Source: a virus
Taxonomy: Duplodnaviria; Caudoviricetes
DNA length: 51,967 nucleotides
Reading direction: 5' to 3' (one strand)
Virus record (IMG/VR): IMGVR_UViG_3300027586_000012
Location: 1 to 51,967 of that record
Both the position numbers and the translations under genes were made by a program. Position 1 is the first letter of the stretch; every line of letters begins with the position of its first letter. Positions 31,701 to 39,868 of this stretch are shown here, piece after piece. The notes below the pieces were generated by a model. The model did no database searches. It had not been told where the DNA came from and saw only the letters and a program-made list of their open reading frames with translations.

Positions 31701-32125
31701 GATGTTTCGTCTTTTATTGGAAGATCTATCTGGTGAAATAGAAGTAATTATTTTTCCTAGAGAATCAAAAACTATAAGTGACGACTTTTTTAATGAGGGT
31801 GATGTAGTCATAATATCCGGAACAATAAATAGAGAGAATGAAGAGGAGTCGGCAATTGTAAAGATGTTCTATAATTCTAGTGAAAAGATAGATACATCTA
31901 GGGCGATAGGCAGTAAATCAATAATGTTAGAAATGAAAGACTCACCTAGCCTAGAGGTTGTGCAGGGTGTATATGATATAATTGAAAACATTAATGGACC
32001 TTCTTATGTATATTTAACATATATAGAAAATAATAAGAGGGTAACTTTTAGATTTAAAAAATCTACTTCATTAAAAATAGAAGAAAAACTACAAAAATAC
32101 ATAAACATACGGAGCTAAGAAATGA
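28792..32125 (+). CDS. dnaE: DNA polymerase III alpha subunit (ends at 32118 if CGG 32110 is read as Arg, at 32125 if shifted +1)
   Basis: PHP domain LHNHT..SMLDG and TTDHGN; GRGSAAGS; MPDIDLDF; HAAGIVI; KIDFLGL; GYGFNRAHA; C-terminal OB fold. Confidence 0.95.
32110..32113 (+). other. Putative +1 recoding site ATA-C-GGA
   Basis: The only in-frame CGG I found in dnaE. The shift gives ...NI-GAKK* with the TGA overlapping the next ATG (ATGA 32122-32125). Confidence 0.55.
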
Positions 32126-32490
32126 CACTACCAGGAACATATCAAAATCCATCTACTAAACCATGTTGGACTTTCTGTTCATCATGTAATAGATGCCAGG
32201 ATAAGGGCAGATACACTAATTGCAATTCGTGTAGCGGTAGGTACGACCCGATGGGTAGGACTGATCCACATCCAGAAGATTTTTGCGACTGCAAGAATGG
32301 AGTATTAAGATGGAAAACAAAAGAGGGTAAGCTTATTATGACCCGCTTTAAGACAAACCCATTCAAGGGTCAGGTAAGATACGAAAAGAAGTCAGGGGAT
32401 GAAAGAGATTGGGACTCTTATGTGGCTGACATGCGAGAAAAAATGGATGATCCAAAATGGAATCCTATAGCGATATACGAGGAAGACTAA
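32122..32490 (+). CDS. Cys-rich putative zinc-binding protein
   Basis: CWTFCSSCNRC...CNSC...CDC. Confidence 0.55.
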   Translation: MTLPGTYQNPSTKPCWTFCSSCNRCQDKGRYTNCNSCSGRYDPMGRTDPHPEDFCDCKNGVLRWKTKEGKLIMTRFKTNPFKGQVRYEKKSGDERDWDSYVADMREKMDDPKWNPIAIYEED

Positions 32491-32491
32491 T

Positions 32492-32719
32492 ATGATTAAG
32501 CACGAGGTGGGTAGAATGCTACTTAATAACATAGCATTAATAGAGTACAATACAGATGAACCTAGCTATTTTATTCAGTCTGGAGTTGCTGGCTTTAATG
32601 CAACAGCTCAAGAGTTATCAGACTTACATGGATTGTTGAGTTACTATTTTAATATTGACTCAGTAAATAATACTGTTATTTCCCTGACAGAAGGAGGAGA
32701 TGATGTCTTGGCCATATAA
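32492..32719 (+). CDS. Hypothetical protein
   Basis: 75-aa ORF with GAGG RBS. Confidence 0.5.
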   Translation: MIKHEVGRMLLNNIALIEYNTDEPSYFIQSGVAGFNATAQELSDLHGLLSYYFNIDSVNNTVISLTEGGDDVLAI

Positions 32720-32891
32720 CGAGGACGATCAAATGGAGTTAGGCACAAGTGGTTGGGCGCCCCTTGGCGAGGGTAGGTATAAAAATATTTACACTGGTAA
32801 CACTCTTGATGAGATGGGTAATGAATATGATACAAATGGAAATTTAATATTCGAAAACAAAGATCCTTATGGGGATGGAATTGAAGACTAA
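32700..32891 (+). CDS. Small acidic hypothetical protein
   Basis: AGGAGG RBS; TAATG overlap with the next gene. Confidence 0.5.
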   Translation: MMSWPYNEDDQMELGTSGWAPLGEGRYKNIYTGNTLDEMGNEYDTNGNLIFENKDPYGDGIED

Positions 32892-33692
32892 TGAAATTAG
32901 CGATTAGAAATTTAGAAGATGTAAGTGATTTTGAAAGATTATCTTTAACTGATTTTTCTTATTCAAGAGTGGATACATATAAAATGTGTCCATCAAAATA
33001 TTTTTATACATATATACAAAAAGAACCACGCCTTTTTGGTGAAGCAGCTGTGTTGGGAAACATTGTGCACTCTGTATTGGAAGACAACGTAAGCGCAACC
33101 GATATATTAGATTTTGCTAAGCTGCAAGAAGCATACACTAACGAGATAACAACTCAAGATCCAGATAGTAAAATTAAACCTGAGTTAATTAACGCGGGGA
33201 AAGAAATATTAGACGAGTTCTTTGACCAGTATGCTGAGACTAAGTTCGATGTTCTTCATAAGGAATATGGTTTTAAATTTGTTTTGGGTAGCTATTTAAT
33301 ATCCGGTTACATAGACAGAATAGATTCTTGGGGTGAAGACGGTGTTAAGATTATAGATTATAAAACTGGAAAATGGGAAGTGTCACCAAAGGATATACCA
33401 ACCAATTTACAATTAGGTATATATGCAATGGCAGTTGATTATCTATATCCAGATAAAAATATATACGCAGAGCTGTATTATCTTAGATCCCGGAAGGCGT
33501 AAAGGCCAACTCTTTACTAAGGATGATATAAACAATATTAAAATTAATTTAATATCCACTCTAGACTCAATCATAAACGATTCAGCATTCTTGCCTACAA
33601 GGAATGAGCGCGTCTGCACGTTCTGCGATTTCGCTAAATCTGGCGCCTGTGGAACTGGTGTATTTAGAGCTAGAAAACTAGCAAAAGCATAG
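32891..33692 (+). CDS. RecB/Cas4-like PD-(D/E)XK exonuclease (266 aa when joined across a +1 shift at CGG 33491)
   Basis: FSYSRVDTYKMCP, GNIVHSVLE, GYIDRID, IIDYKTG and QLGIYA lie in the 0 frame. The C-terminal CTFCDFAKSGAC that completes the Cys cluster lies in the +1 frame. Junction: ELYYLRS-(c)-GRRKG. Confidence 0.85.
33491..33494 (+). other. Putative +1 recoding site TCC-C-GGA
   Basis: In-frame CGG three codons before the 0-frame stop at 33500-33502. Confidence 0.7.
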
Positions 33693-33717
33693 TCGTTTAT
33701 TAATATAATCCTAGAAA

Positions 33718-33745
33718 GCAAAAAGCCAGGGCGAAAGCCCTGGCT
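33718..33745 (-). terminator. Intrinsic terminator between convergent genes
   Basis: AGCCAGGGC-GAAA-GCCCTGGCT preceded by an A-run, which is a U-tract on the minus strand. Confidence 0.7.
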
Positions 33746-33768
33746 GATTACTTATTAAATACTGACAG

Positions 33769-33942
33769 TTAGAATGCTGATACTGGGTTCAACGCTGCGT
33801 CTTCGACAAGATCGAAATCGCCAAACTCACTAACTACTTTAGTGGCTTCTGTGCGTGAGTATCCGAGTCTACCGAGGTCTGAAATGATCTCTTCGTTAAC
33901 CTCGATTAACATACTGTCAATGATTGTGTTTAATGTATTCAT
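33769..33942 (-). CDS. Small acidic protein (57 aa) with a RuvA-domain-III/UBA-like helical pattern
   Basis: MNTLNTIIDSMLIEVNEEIISDLGRLGYSRTEATKVVSEFGDFDLVEDAALNPVSAF; GGAG RBS on the minus strand; its own terminator. Confidence 0.6.
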   Translation of the reverse strand: MNTLNTIIDSMLIEVNEEIISDLGRLGYSRTEATKVVSEFGDFDLVEDAALNPVSAF

Positions 33943-34050
33943 GTCTTTTTGTACTCCGTTTTCTTGTATTTGGTAACCCTTACGGGTTTTTTGTTTTTTT
34001 ACTTTTTATAATTTATAATGGAGTAGATTAGTTTAGATCTAAAGGATACC

Positions 34051-34609
34051 ATGAAAGAGCTCAACATTGCCAAGCCAGAGGAATATTTTTTGGAAATTTC
34101 TCCATTAAAAAACCATCCAGATTTTAAGAAAATAAAAACCATTATACCAGATCAGCAACCCATAGAGACCACAAGTATTAAAAGAGGTAACGCTTACCAG
34201 CATACGAAAACTGGGTTTAGAGAAGACCTAGGTTTAACACTGAGATCTAATTGGGAAGCAAATTTTGCAAGAATTTTAACAGCGTATAAGATCAAGTTTG
34301 ATTTTGAGCCAACTGTTTTTGCGTTTCCAATTAAGAAACGGAACTAAAGGATATACTCCTGATTTCTTTATGCAGAAAGATTCTAGTTGGGTAGAGCTAA
34401 AAGGTTATCTCGATGCGAAGAGTATGACAAAAATAAAAAGATTTAAAAGATACTACGAATCTGAATTTAACAAACTCACATTTATTATAAGTAAGTATTC
34501 AACTGACGGTAAAAATTTCGCAGCTGAACTAGAAATACCAAGAGTAATTTTCTATGAAGATATTAGAAGTTTTTACTCTGATAAAATATTGATTTGGGAA
34601 GGTAAGTAA
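34051..34609 (+). CDS. PD-(D/E)XK endonuclease (endonuclease I/TnsA-N-like; 185 aa when joined across a +1 shift at CGG 34339)
   Basis: LRSNWEANFARIL...FEP in the 0 frame; catalytic YTPDF...VELKGY in the +1 frame. Junction: FPIKK-(c)-GTKGYTPDF. Confidence 0.8.
34339..34342 (+). other. Putative +1 recoding site AAA-C-GGA
   Basis: In-frame CGG two codons before the 0-frame stop at 34345-34347; isolated C. Confidence 0.7.
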
Positions 34610-34611
34610 TC

Positions 34612-35459
34612 ATGGTAGCATATAAAGAACAGTATTATAAGTTAGAAGAGGAGGAAATGCAAGCGCTGATAGCCAAAGCTAAAGGCGGAGACGAAAGAGC
34701 CAAAAAAGAATTACTAAAAGTTTTTAATAATTTTCTTACAAAGTATACGACACTATTGTATTATGGTAAATATAATTTGAACGACTACGATATAAGAAGG
34801 TTTACATCTTTATTCGTAAAGGATTCATATGTTAGATTTGCTCTTATGAAAAATAAGCTTAACCAACCTGGGTACAAGCATGTAAACGAAGTGTTAAGAC
34901 GGTATAGTATATATGGCAAAAAGATATGGGGAAGAAATAGATGTCAGACAAACTGTAGATATGACATTCTTCCAGTGTATAGCTAGATATCAAAGAAAAG
35001 ATTCGGAAAAAGGACCAATACCATTTAGCCGGGTTCTTGTATAGTTATTTTTTTTATCTTCTTAAAAAGAATGTTGACACATTCTTGATAGATCAATTAG
35101 GAAGAAAAAGTTTTCCTCTCTTAAGTGATGACTCAAATGATGACGGGGAAAATGGAGAAAAGCAAGTGGGTTTTAAGGCTCCACCAGAAGAGAGAGAGAT
35201 GCAAGAATTTCTTTCTACAGAAGACATTAATGAGTTTTGGGTACTTGGTGAAACATGTGCAGAGCCGTTTATATTTCTTTCAGTGCAGGAAAGGCAATTG
35301 CTCAAGTGGCGCTACATAGATGATCTAAGATCTAGTGAGATAAGTAAAAAAATATCAGAACATCCCAATACAGTAAGAGAACATTTAGGCAAAATAAGGA
35401 CAAAAGTAACCAATCTTGTGGTAGAATCTAAGATGCGAGATGAAATCAACTTCAGATAG
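34612..35459 (+). CDS. Phage sigma-70-family RNA polymerase sigma factor (281 aa when joined across two +1 shifts, CGG 34900 and 35030)
   Basis: LIAKAKGGDERAKKELL (region 1.2/2.1-like); DVRQTVDMTFFQCIARY...PFS-GFLYSYF (region 2.3/2.4-like, visible only after the shifts); LSVQERQLLKWRY..DLRSSEISKKISEHPNTVREHLGKIR (region 4 HTH). Confidence 0.75.
34900..34903 (+). other. Putative +1 recoding site AGA-C-GGT
   Basis: The +1 frame opens only after TAA 34895-34897, immediately before this CGG. Confidence 0.72.
35030..35033 (+). other. Putative +1 recoding site AGC-C-GGG
   Basis: In-frame CGG in the once-shifted frame; that frame stops at 35042-35044. Confidence 0.7.
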
Positions 35460-35466
35460 GTAGACA

Positions 35467-35982
35467 ATGAACCTTCAATCTTTACAGAAAATGAACGAAT
35501 TATTAACATCGTTTATAGGTCCTCAGATAGAAGAGATTATTTCAGCCTATACTACAGATAGCAGCAATTCTTTATACTTTGTATCTATACCAGATGTGGA
35601 TACATTAGATTTAGGGATTCATGAAATGGCCTCATTGGTTGCGAGAACTTCAAATGTTTATGGAAGAGTTGCACGATTAGCTGGCATGGCTAGAGCCCAA
35701 TATAAGTTAATAGAAGGAAGCTACAAGAAGGTGTATAAAGCAAATAGAGTTGGGAAGAATGAGGCTGAGCGCGAAGCAAATGCCTTAGAAGCTGCAGAGA
35801 GTGAATACACTGCCTTAATAACAGCAGAGGCTATAGTGAATTTAGCTGAGTCAATGGAACTTGCAGCTAGGATAGCATCGGAATCTTCTAGAAAATTAAT
35901 CGACAAGATACAATCTATGCAGGTAGCTTCTGCTAGGGAAGAAAAAGGATATTTTAGTGATAAAGATTTTAACACCTACTAA
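35467..35982 (+). CDS. Coiled-coil hypothetical protein (possibly a UvsY-like recombination mediator)
   Basis: All-helical Ala/Glu-rich 171-aa ORF; the family assignment is speculative. Confidence 0.45.
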   Translation: MNLQSLQKMNELLTSFIGPQIEEIISAYTTDSSNSLYFVSIPDVDTLDLGIHEMASLVARTSNVYGRVARLAGMARAQYKLIEGSYKKVYKANRVGKNEAEREANALEAAESEYTALITAEAIVNLAESMELAARIASESSRKLIDKIQSMQVASAREEKGYFSDKDFNTY

Positions 35983-35999
35983 AAGTTTGAGGAATTACT

Positions 36000-36215
36000 T
36001 TGTACATAGCTCATTATAAATCAGTTAATTCAGCCACTGAATTCTACTCAAAGGTTAGAGATACCTTAGATTACCCAACCCAAATCGAGCACGCAAAAGA
36101 AAGATATACGCTTAATTCTACTTACATAATAAATGGTCAAACTCAATTGAAAAACTTTAAAGATAGAATAAAGAGTTTGGGTATTGAAGTAGACGTAAAC
36201 GTAGATGATAAGTAA
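36000..36215 (+). CDS. Hypothetical protein
   Basis: TTG start with GAGG RBS. Confidence 0.45.
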   Translation: MYIAHYKSVNSATEFYSKVRDTLDYPTQIEHAKERYTLNSTYIINGQTQLKNFKDRIKSLGIEVDVNVDDK

Positions 36216-36226
36216 GATTATTTACA

Positions 36227-36667
36227 GTGATAATAGAAGTATTCTGCGATGGTGCGTCAAGAGGTCAAGGTCAAAAGAAAATTGGAGAAGCAGCCTGCGC
36301 GGTATCTGTTTATAGGAATAGAAAAAAAATAGCGCAGTTTGCCAGGGGCTTAGGTCCAAGGACTAATAATGAGGCAGAGTATGAGGCCGTAATATCCGGA
36401 CTGCTCATATGTTCAATGGGCGAATTCTACGATCCAATTATATATACCGATTCAGCTGTTGTGGCTAACCACATTAGTGGTAAATGGAAATGTAAACACG
36501 ACTCTCTGACACCTTTACTTATGACCATAGAGGATATAAGAGATGAGTTTAATTTTAAAATAGTTCAGGTTGAAAGAAATTTTGTTTGGGAACCCGATGC
36601 ACTCTGCAATGAATTCTTGGATAAGTTAGAGGAAAGAAAAGCTAAATCAAAAAAACCTGTGATATAA
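36227..36667 (+). CDS. rnhA: Ribonuclease HI
   Basis: FCDGASRG, TNNEAEYEAV, YTDSAVV, PDALCN catalytic acidic residues; GTG start. Confidence 0.88.
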   Translation: MIIEVFCDGASRGQGQKKIGEAACAVSVYRNRKKIAQFARGLGPRTNNEAEYEAVISGLLICSMGEFYDPIIYTDSAVVANHISGKWKCKHDSLTPLLMTIEDIRDEFNFKIVQVERNFVWEPDALCNEFLDKLEERKAKSKKPVI

Positions 36668-36668
36668 T
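36660..36668 (+). promoter_or_regulatory. Extended -10 promoter TGATATAAT, possibly giving a leaderless transcript
   Basis: Perfect TGnTATAAT six nt before ATG 36675, which has no RBS. Confidence 0.5.
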
Positions 36669-36674
36669 TACCCA

Positions 36675-37469
36675 ATGCAAAAAAAATATTCAAAAAGTAA
36701 TCCAATAATTTTAGGGTTAGCAGGACGCGCTGGTAGCGGTAAAACATCTGCGGCCGAAGCACTGTGCCCAAAAGGGTCAATGCAAACAACTTCTTCTGGG
36801 GTTGCATGGGAGCACATATTCCACGCCCTTCCTCTTTATGAATTAGCTTCTATAAAGAAAAACATACAAGGCTTTAATGCTAAGTCTAGAAAACTATACT
36901 CTATTCACGAAGTACTGTTTGAGATATATGGGAGAACAGCACTGGGGGCGATACCTCCTTACGAAGAATTTGTAGAAAAGGTAAAAAGTATTTATGATCT
37001 TCCGATAGAGGAAGAGGATATTAAGCCAAGAACTTTTTTACAGATAGCAGGAGATATCTGTAGGGAAAATTATTCAGAATGTTTCTGTCATTGGGCAGTT
37101 ATGAAAAGTATGGAATTATATAGAAAAAATATCAATGAAATAACCAGAGAAAATGGTGATAAAGATACGCCTATTTGTGTTATCATTTCTGATGTACGTT
37201 ATATCAATGAGGCTCAATCAATTTTAAAACAACCTAACGGAATGCTTATCACCTATGAAGCTTCTGATGATGTTCTAAGAGATAGAATCTTTAAGAGAGA
37301 TGGTGTGTACATGACTAATGAACAGCTAAATCATAATTCTGAAAAAGAAATTGACTTAGTAAAAGAAGTATCTACGTTCATTATGAATACTGATAATCTA
37401 TCGATAGAAGACCAAGCAAAAGCTACACTACAATTAGTCAAAAATAAAATAGAAACACTAGGAGAATAA
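36675..37469 (+). CDS. Deoxynucleoside monophosphate kinase
   Basis: GLAGRAGSGKTS P-loop, PRTFLQIAGD, VIISDVRYINEA, HNSE. Confidence 0.82.
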   Translation: MQKKYSKSNPIILGLAGRAGSGKTSAAEALCPKGSMQTTSSGVAWEHIFHALPLYELASIKKNIQGFNAKSRKLYSIHEVLFEIYGRTALGAIPPYEEFVEKVKSIYDLPIEEEDIKPRTFLQIAGDICRENYSECFCHWAVMKSMELYRKNINEITRENGDKDTPICVIISDVRYINEAQSILKQPNGMLITYEASDDVLRDRIFKRDGVYMTNEQLNHNSEKEIDLVKEVSTFIMNTDNLSIEDQAKATLQLVKNKIETLGE

Positions 37470-37786
37470 TGCCAAAAATAAATGAGAGTATCGTTGAACA
37501 ATCTGTGAACCCAGTTATGGATGCAGTTATTTCCACACATCAAAGAGTGGTTGTGACTACCGAACCAGTACTGACAATTGCCGTTGGCAGAAAAGTAAAT
37601 ATCGGCAATTTTGAAAACGTGGATATAATGGCTTGCCTCACAGTACCAATGACTGGGGTTGATCCTTCTAATAGCAAGGACTTTTCTGATGCCATTAAAG
37701 AGGCAGCAGCAGAAGCTTTTTCTTTAGTTTCTAGGGAAACAGGAGAAAGATATCAGCTGATTAAGGAGTCTCAACAGACGAGATAA
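37469..37786 (+). CDS. Hypothetical protein
   Basis: AGGAG RBS; GRKVNIGNFEN motif seen in small phage proteins. Confidence 0.55.
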   Translation: MPKINESIVEQSVNPVMDAVISTHQRVVVTTEPVLTIAVGRKVNIGNFENVDIMACLTVPMTGVDPSNSKDFSDAIKEAAAEAFSLVSRETGERYQLIKESQQTR

Positions 37787-37851
37787 TTTGCATTTATCAT
37801 ACAGGTACTGTACTATATTAAAACAAACTAATCAAACTAATGAGGTAAAGA

Positions 37852-38085
37852 ATGAGCAAGTTAATTGATAAGATTAAAGGTATCCTTTCTGGTAGCTCGG
37901 AAGTTGCTACCGCTAAGGATGCTGTTGTTAAGGCAGCAACGGTTGTAGCCAAGGAAGTCGTAGCAGAAGTGCAAAAAACTCCCGCTAAGAAGACTCCTGC
38001 CAAGAAGGTTGCAGCTAAGAAGGTTGGACCACGTCCAGAAGATGCAGCAAGAGCTAGCGAAACAAAAGTAAAAAAGACCAAGTAA
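37852..38085 (+). CDS. Lys/Ala-rich histone-H1-like small protein
   Basis: KTPAKKTPAKKVAAKK repeats; GAGG RBS; TACTATA at 37811; followed by a terminator. Confidence 0.6.
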   Translation: MSKLIDKIKGILSGSSEVATAKDAVVKAATVVAKEVVAEVQKTPAKKTPAKKVAAKKVGPRPEDAARASETKVKKTK

Positions 38086-38093
38086 TTAGATTG

Positions 38094-38124
38094 AGACCCC
38101 TAGTTTTGCGCTAGGGGTCTTTTT
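38094..38124 (+). terminator. Intrinsic terminator
   Basis: AGACCCCTAG / CTAGGGGTCT followed by TTTT. Confidence 0.8.
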
Positions 38125-38142
38125 CAATATACCAGGAGGGTT

Positions 38143-38217
38143 ATGTCTTTAGCAAAAGCTAGAAAAGTTTTTAAAAACGGTCAGACACCAAAGCCACCAG
38201 AAGAGAAGCAGAAATGA
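38143..38217 (+). CDS. Micro-ORF, 24-aa basic peptide
   Basis: AGGAGG RBS; MSLAKARKVFKNGQTPKPPEEKQK. Confidence 0.35.
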   Translation: MSLAKARKVFKNGQTPKPPEEKQK

Positions 38218-38292
38218 TGACACTACTATGGAAAATCTGGTTAAAAGTTTATGACCTATTAGAGGTTATCGATAAAAAAATAAAGTAAAAAT

Positions 38293-39039
38293 ATGACACC
38301 AGCATCAAAAAAAAATATTTACATATATAATAAAGTTTGTTCAAATAAAGATCTGAACACGCTGCATTCTTTTTGTAAAAATCTTAAAGAACAAGATTGG
38401 ATTAGTGGCACTTTCTATAGAAATGGAAAGATCAATACGTATCCAGATAAAAAAACAAACCTTCATAATGAAAATCCAAAATTAGAAAAAATAGTTTCTC
38501 AAGTTTTAGCCTTTGTTATTGATAAAATCGAATGGAATTATGGGACTAGAATAGTCCACAGGTATCATGATTCCATAAGAAAAATGTCACCTGGTAGTGA
38601 AATCACTATCCATGCAGACAATGAATTGATCGATGGAAATTTTTTTAGCATTGAATATAAAAAAGAATTTGTCGATACAAAAGACAGTTTTGAAAAATCT
38701 CTTCCAAACGAATTCGTTGAATACTCATCTGTATTTTATATAAATGATGACTATGAAGGTGGAGAAATATTTTTTCCTGACTATAATTTAGAAATTAAAC
38801 CTAAACCTGGAAGCGTTGTTTTCTTTCCCAGTAATTCCAAGTATATTCATTGTGTTAAAAAAATAATTAAAGGCGATAGATATGCGGTCCCCAGTTTATG
38901 GCATTCGGAAAAATCGGTTATACTTAATTCTATAGCTCCTTATCCTTATGCGCAAGAAATTGTTGAAAAACAATTTATGAATAAATTTATAAATGCAGAA
39001 GTTGATTTAGGAAGATCATTTGTCCAAAATAATTTGTAA
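38293..39039 (+). CDS. 2OG-Fe(II) oxygenase (prolyl-4-hydroxylase-like)
   Basis: IHAD...YINDDYEGGEIFFP...KPKPGSVVFFPS...HCVKKIIKGDRY. Confidence 0.88.
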   Translation: MTPASKKNIYIYNKVCSNKDLNTLHSFCKNLKEQDWISGTFYRNGKINTYPDKKTNLHNENPKLEKIVSQVLAFVIDKIEWNYGTRIVHRYHDSIRKMSPGSEITIHADNELIDGNFFSIEYKKEFVDTKDSFEKSLPNEFVEYSSVFYINDDYEGGEIFFPDYNLEIKPKPGSVVFFPSNSKYIHCVKKIIKGDRYAVPSLWHSEKSVILNSIAPYPYAQEIVEKQFMNKFINAEVDLGRSFVQNNL

Positions 39040-39071
39040 AAAAATTCTTATTTAGAAAGGTTATTTATTTT

Positions 39072-39179
39072 ATGAAAGGCAAAATATGGATATCGGGCCC
39101 AAGGATGGGTACTAATAATCATATGAATGGCATTATAGCACCAGTAAAAAAATTAAAAAAGAAAAAAAGGAAAAAATAA
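39072..39179 (+). CDS. Tiny basic protein (35 aa)
   Basis: MKGKIWISGPRMGTNNHMNGIIAPVKKLKKKKRKK; TAATG overlap with the next gene. Confidence 0.4.
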   Translation: MKGKIWISGPRMGTNNHMNGIIAPVKKLKKKKRKK

Positions 39180-39442
39180 TGGCTAAGTCAGCAGCATGGC
39201 AAAGAAAAGCAGGCAAAAATCCTGAAGGTGGACTTAACGCTAAGGGACGTGCTTCGTATAAAGCTCAGACAGGTGGCACCCTTAAACCACCTGTGTCTGC
39301 CAAACAAGCTGCCAAGTCTCCTAAATCTGCTGCACGTCGCAAATCCTTTTGTGCACGCATGGGCGGCATGCCGGGGGCGATGAAGAAACCAAATGGCAAA
39401 CCAACACGCAAAGCACTTGCTTTACGCAAGTGGGACTGCTAA
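39179..39442 (+). CDS. Small basic phage protein (DUF6321-like)
   Basis: AWQRKAGKNPEGGLNAKGRASY...RRKSFCARMGGM...ALRKWDC, a motif recurrent in aquatic phages. Confidence 0.65.
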   Translation: MAKSAAWQRKAGKNPEGGLNAKGRASYKAQTGGTLKPPVSAKQAAKSPKSAARRKSFCARMGGMPGAMKKPNGKPTRKALALRKWDC

Positions 39443-39496
39443 TATCTTTATATTATCAAAAGGGTAATATATTTTATAAAAAAATAGGAGAATAAA

Positions 39497-39634
39497 ATGA
39501 CAATGCACAAGGGAATGAAGAAAGAAACAAAGAAAAAGGCAAAGGCTCCAGCAGCAAAAGCTGGTATGACCGCTGCACAGAAGAAGCTTCCACCATTTAT
39601 CCAGGCAGCTATAGCTAAGAAGAAGAAGAAATAA
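39497..39634 (+). CDS. Tiny Lys-rich protein (45 aa)
   Basis: AGGAG RBS; MTMHKGMKKETKKKAKAPAAKAGMTAAQKKLPPFIQAAIAKKKKK. Confidence 0.55.
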   Translation: MTMHKGMKKETKKKAKAPAAKAGMTAAQKKLPPFIQAAIAKKKKK

Positions 39635-39638
39635 TATA

Positions 39639-39782
39639 ATGGCTATGAAAAAGAAAAAGAAGTCTGGCGCAATGCAGACCGCATCGTTAGCTGGTAAGCC
39701 AATGATGCAGACTATTGTTCCGATGAAGAAAGTAATGCCAAAAGGCAAGGAAGCTTCTTCAAAGTCAAGATATAAAAAGTAG
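39639..39782 (+). CDS. Tiny Lys/Met-rich protein (47 aa)
   Basis: MAMKKKKKSGAMQTASLAGKPMMQTIVPMKKVMPKGKEASSKSRYKK, followed by a terminator. Confidence 0.5.
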   Translation: MAMKKKKKSGAMQTASLAGKPMMQTIVPMKKVMPKGKEASSKSRYKK

Positions 39783-39787
39783 TCTTT

Positions 39788-39825
39788 AAAAAATCCCCAT
39801 CTATTTTTTAGGTGGGGATTTTTTT
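39788..39825 (+). terminator. Intrinsic (possibly bidirectional) terminator
   Basis: AAAAAATCCCCATCTA / TAGGTGGGGATTTTTTT. Confidence 0.8.
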
Positions 39826-39832
39826 ATACATG

Positions 39833-39840
39833 TTACTATA
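39833..39840 (+). promoter_or_regulatory. Candidate late-promoter motif TTACTATA upstream of the endolysin
   Basis: Lies right after a terminator and before an AGGAG RBS. Confidence 0.45.
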
Positions 39841-39868
39841 TATTTTACCCACGTTATAGGAGATTATC

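Noticed and set aside
15265-32125. Inteins or introns in nrdJ, dnaB or dnaE
   Set aside because: Lengths are normal, the motifs are contiguous, and no intein termini or homing-endonuclease inserts are seen.
25632-33692. CRISPR-Cas locus (Cas4-like and HD proteins)
   Set aside because: No repeat-spacer array and no cas1/cas2 or effector genes; solo RecB/Cas4-like and HD proteins are common in phage replication modules.
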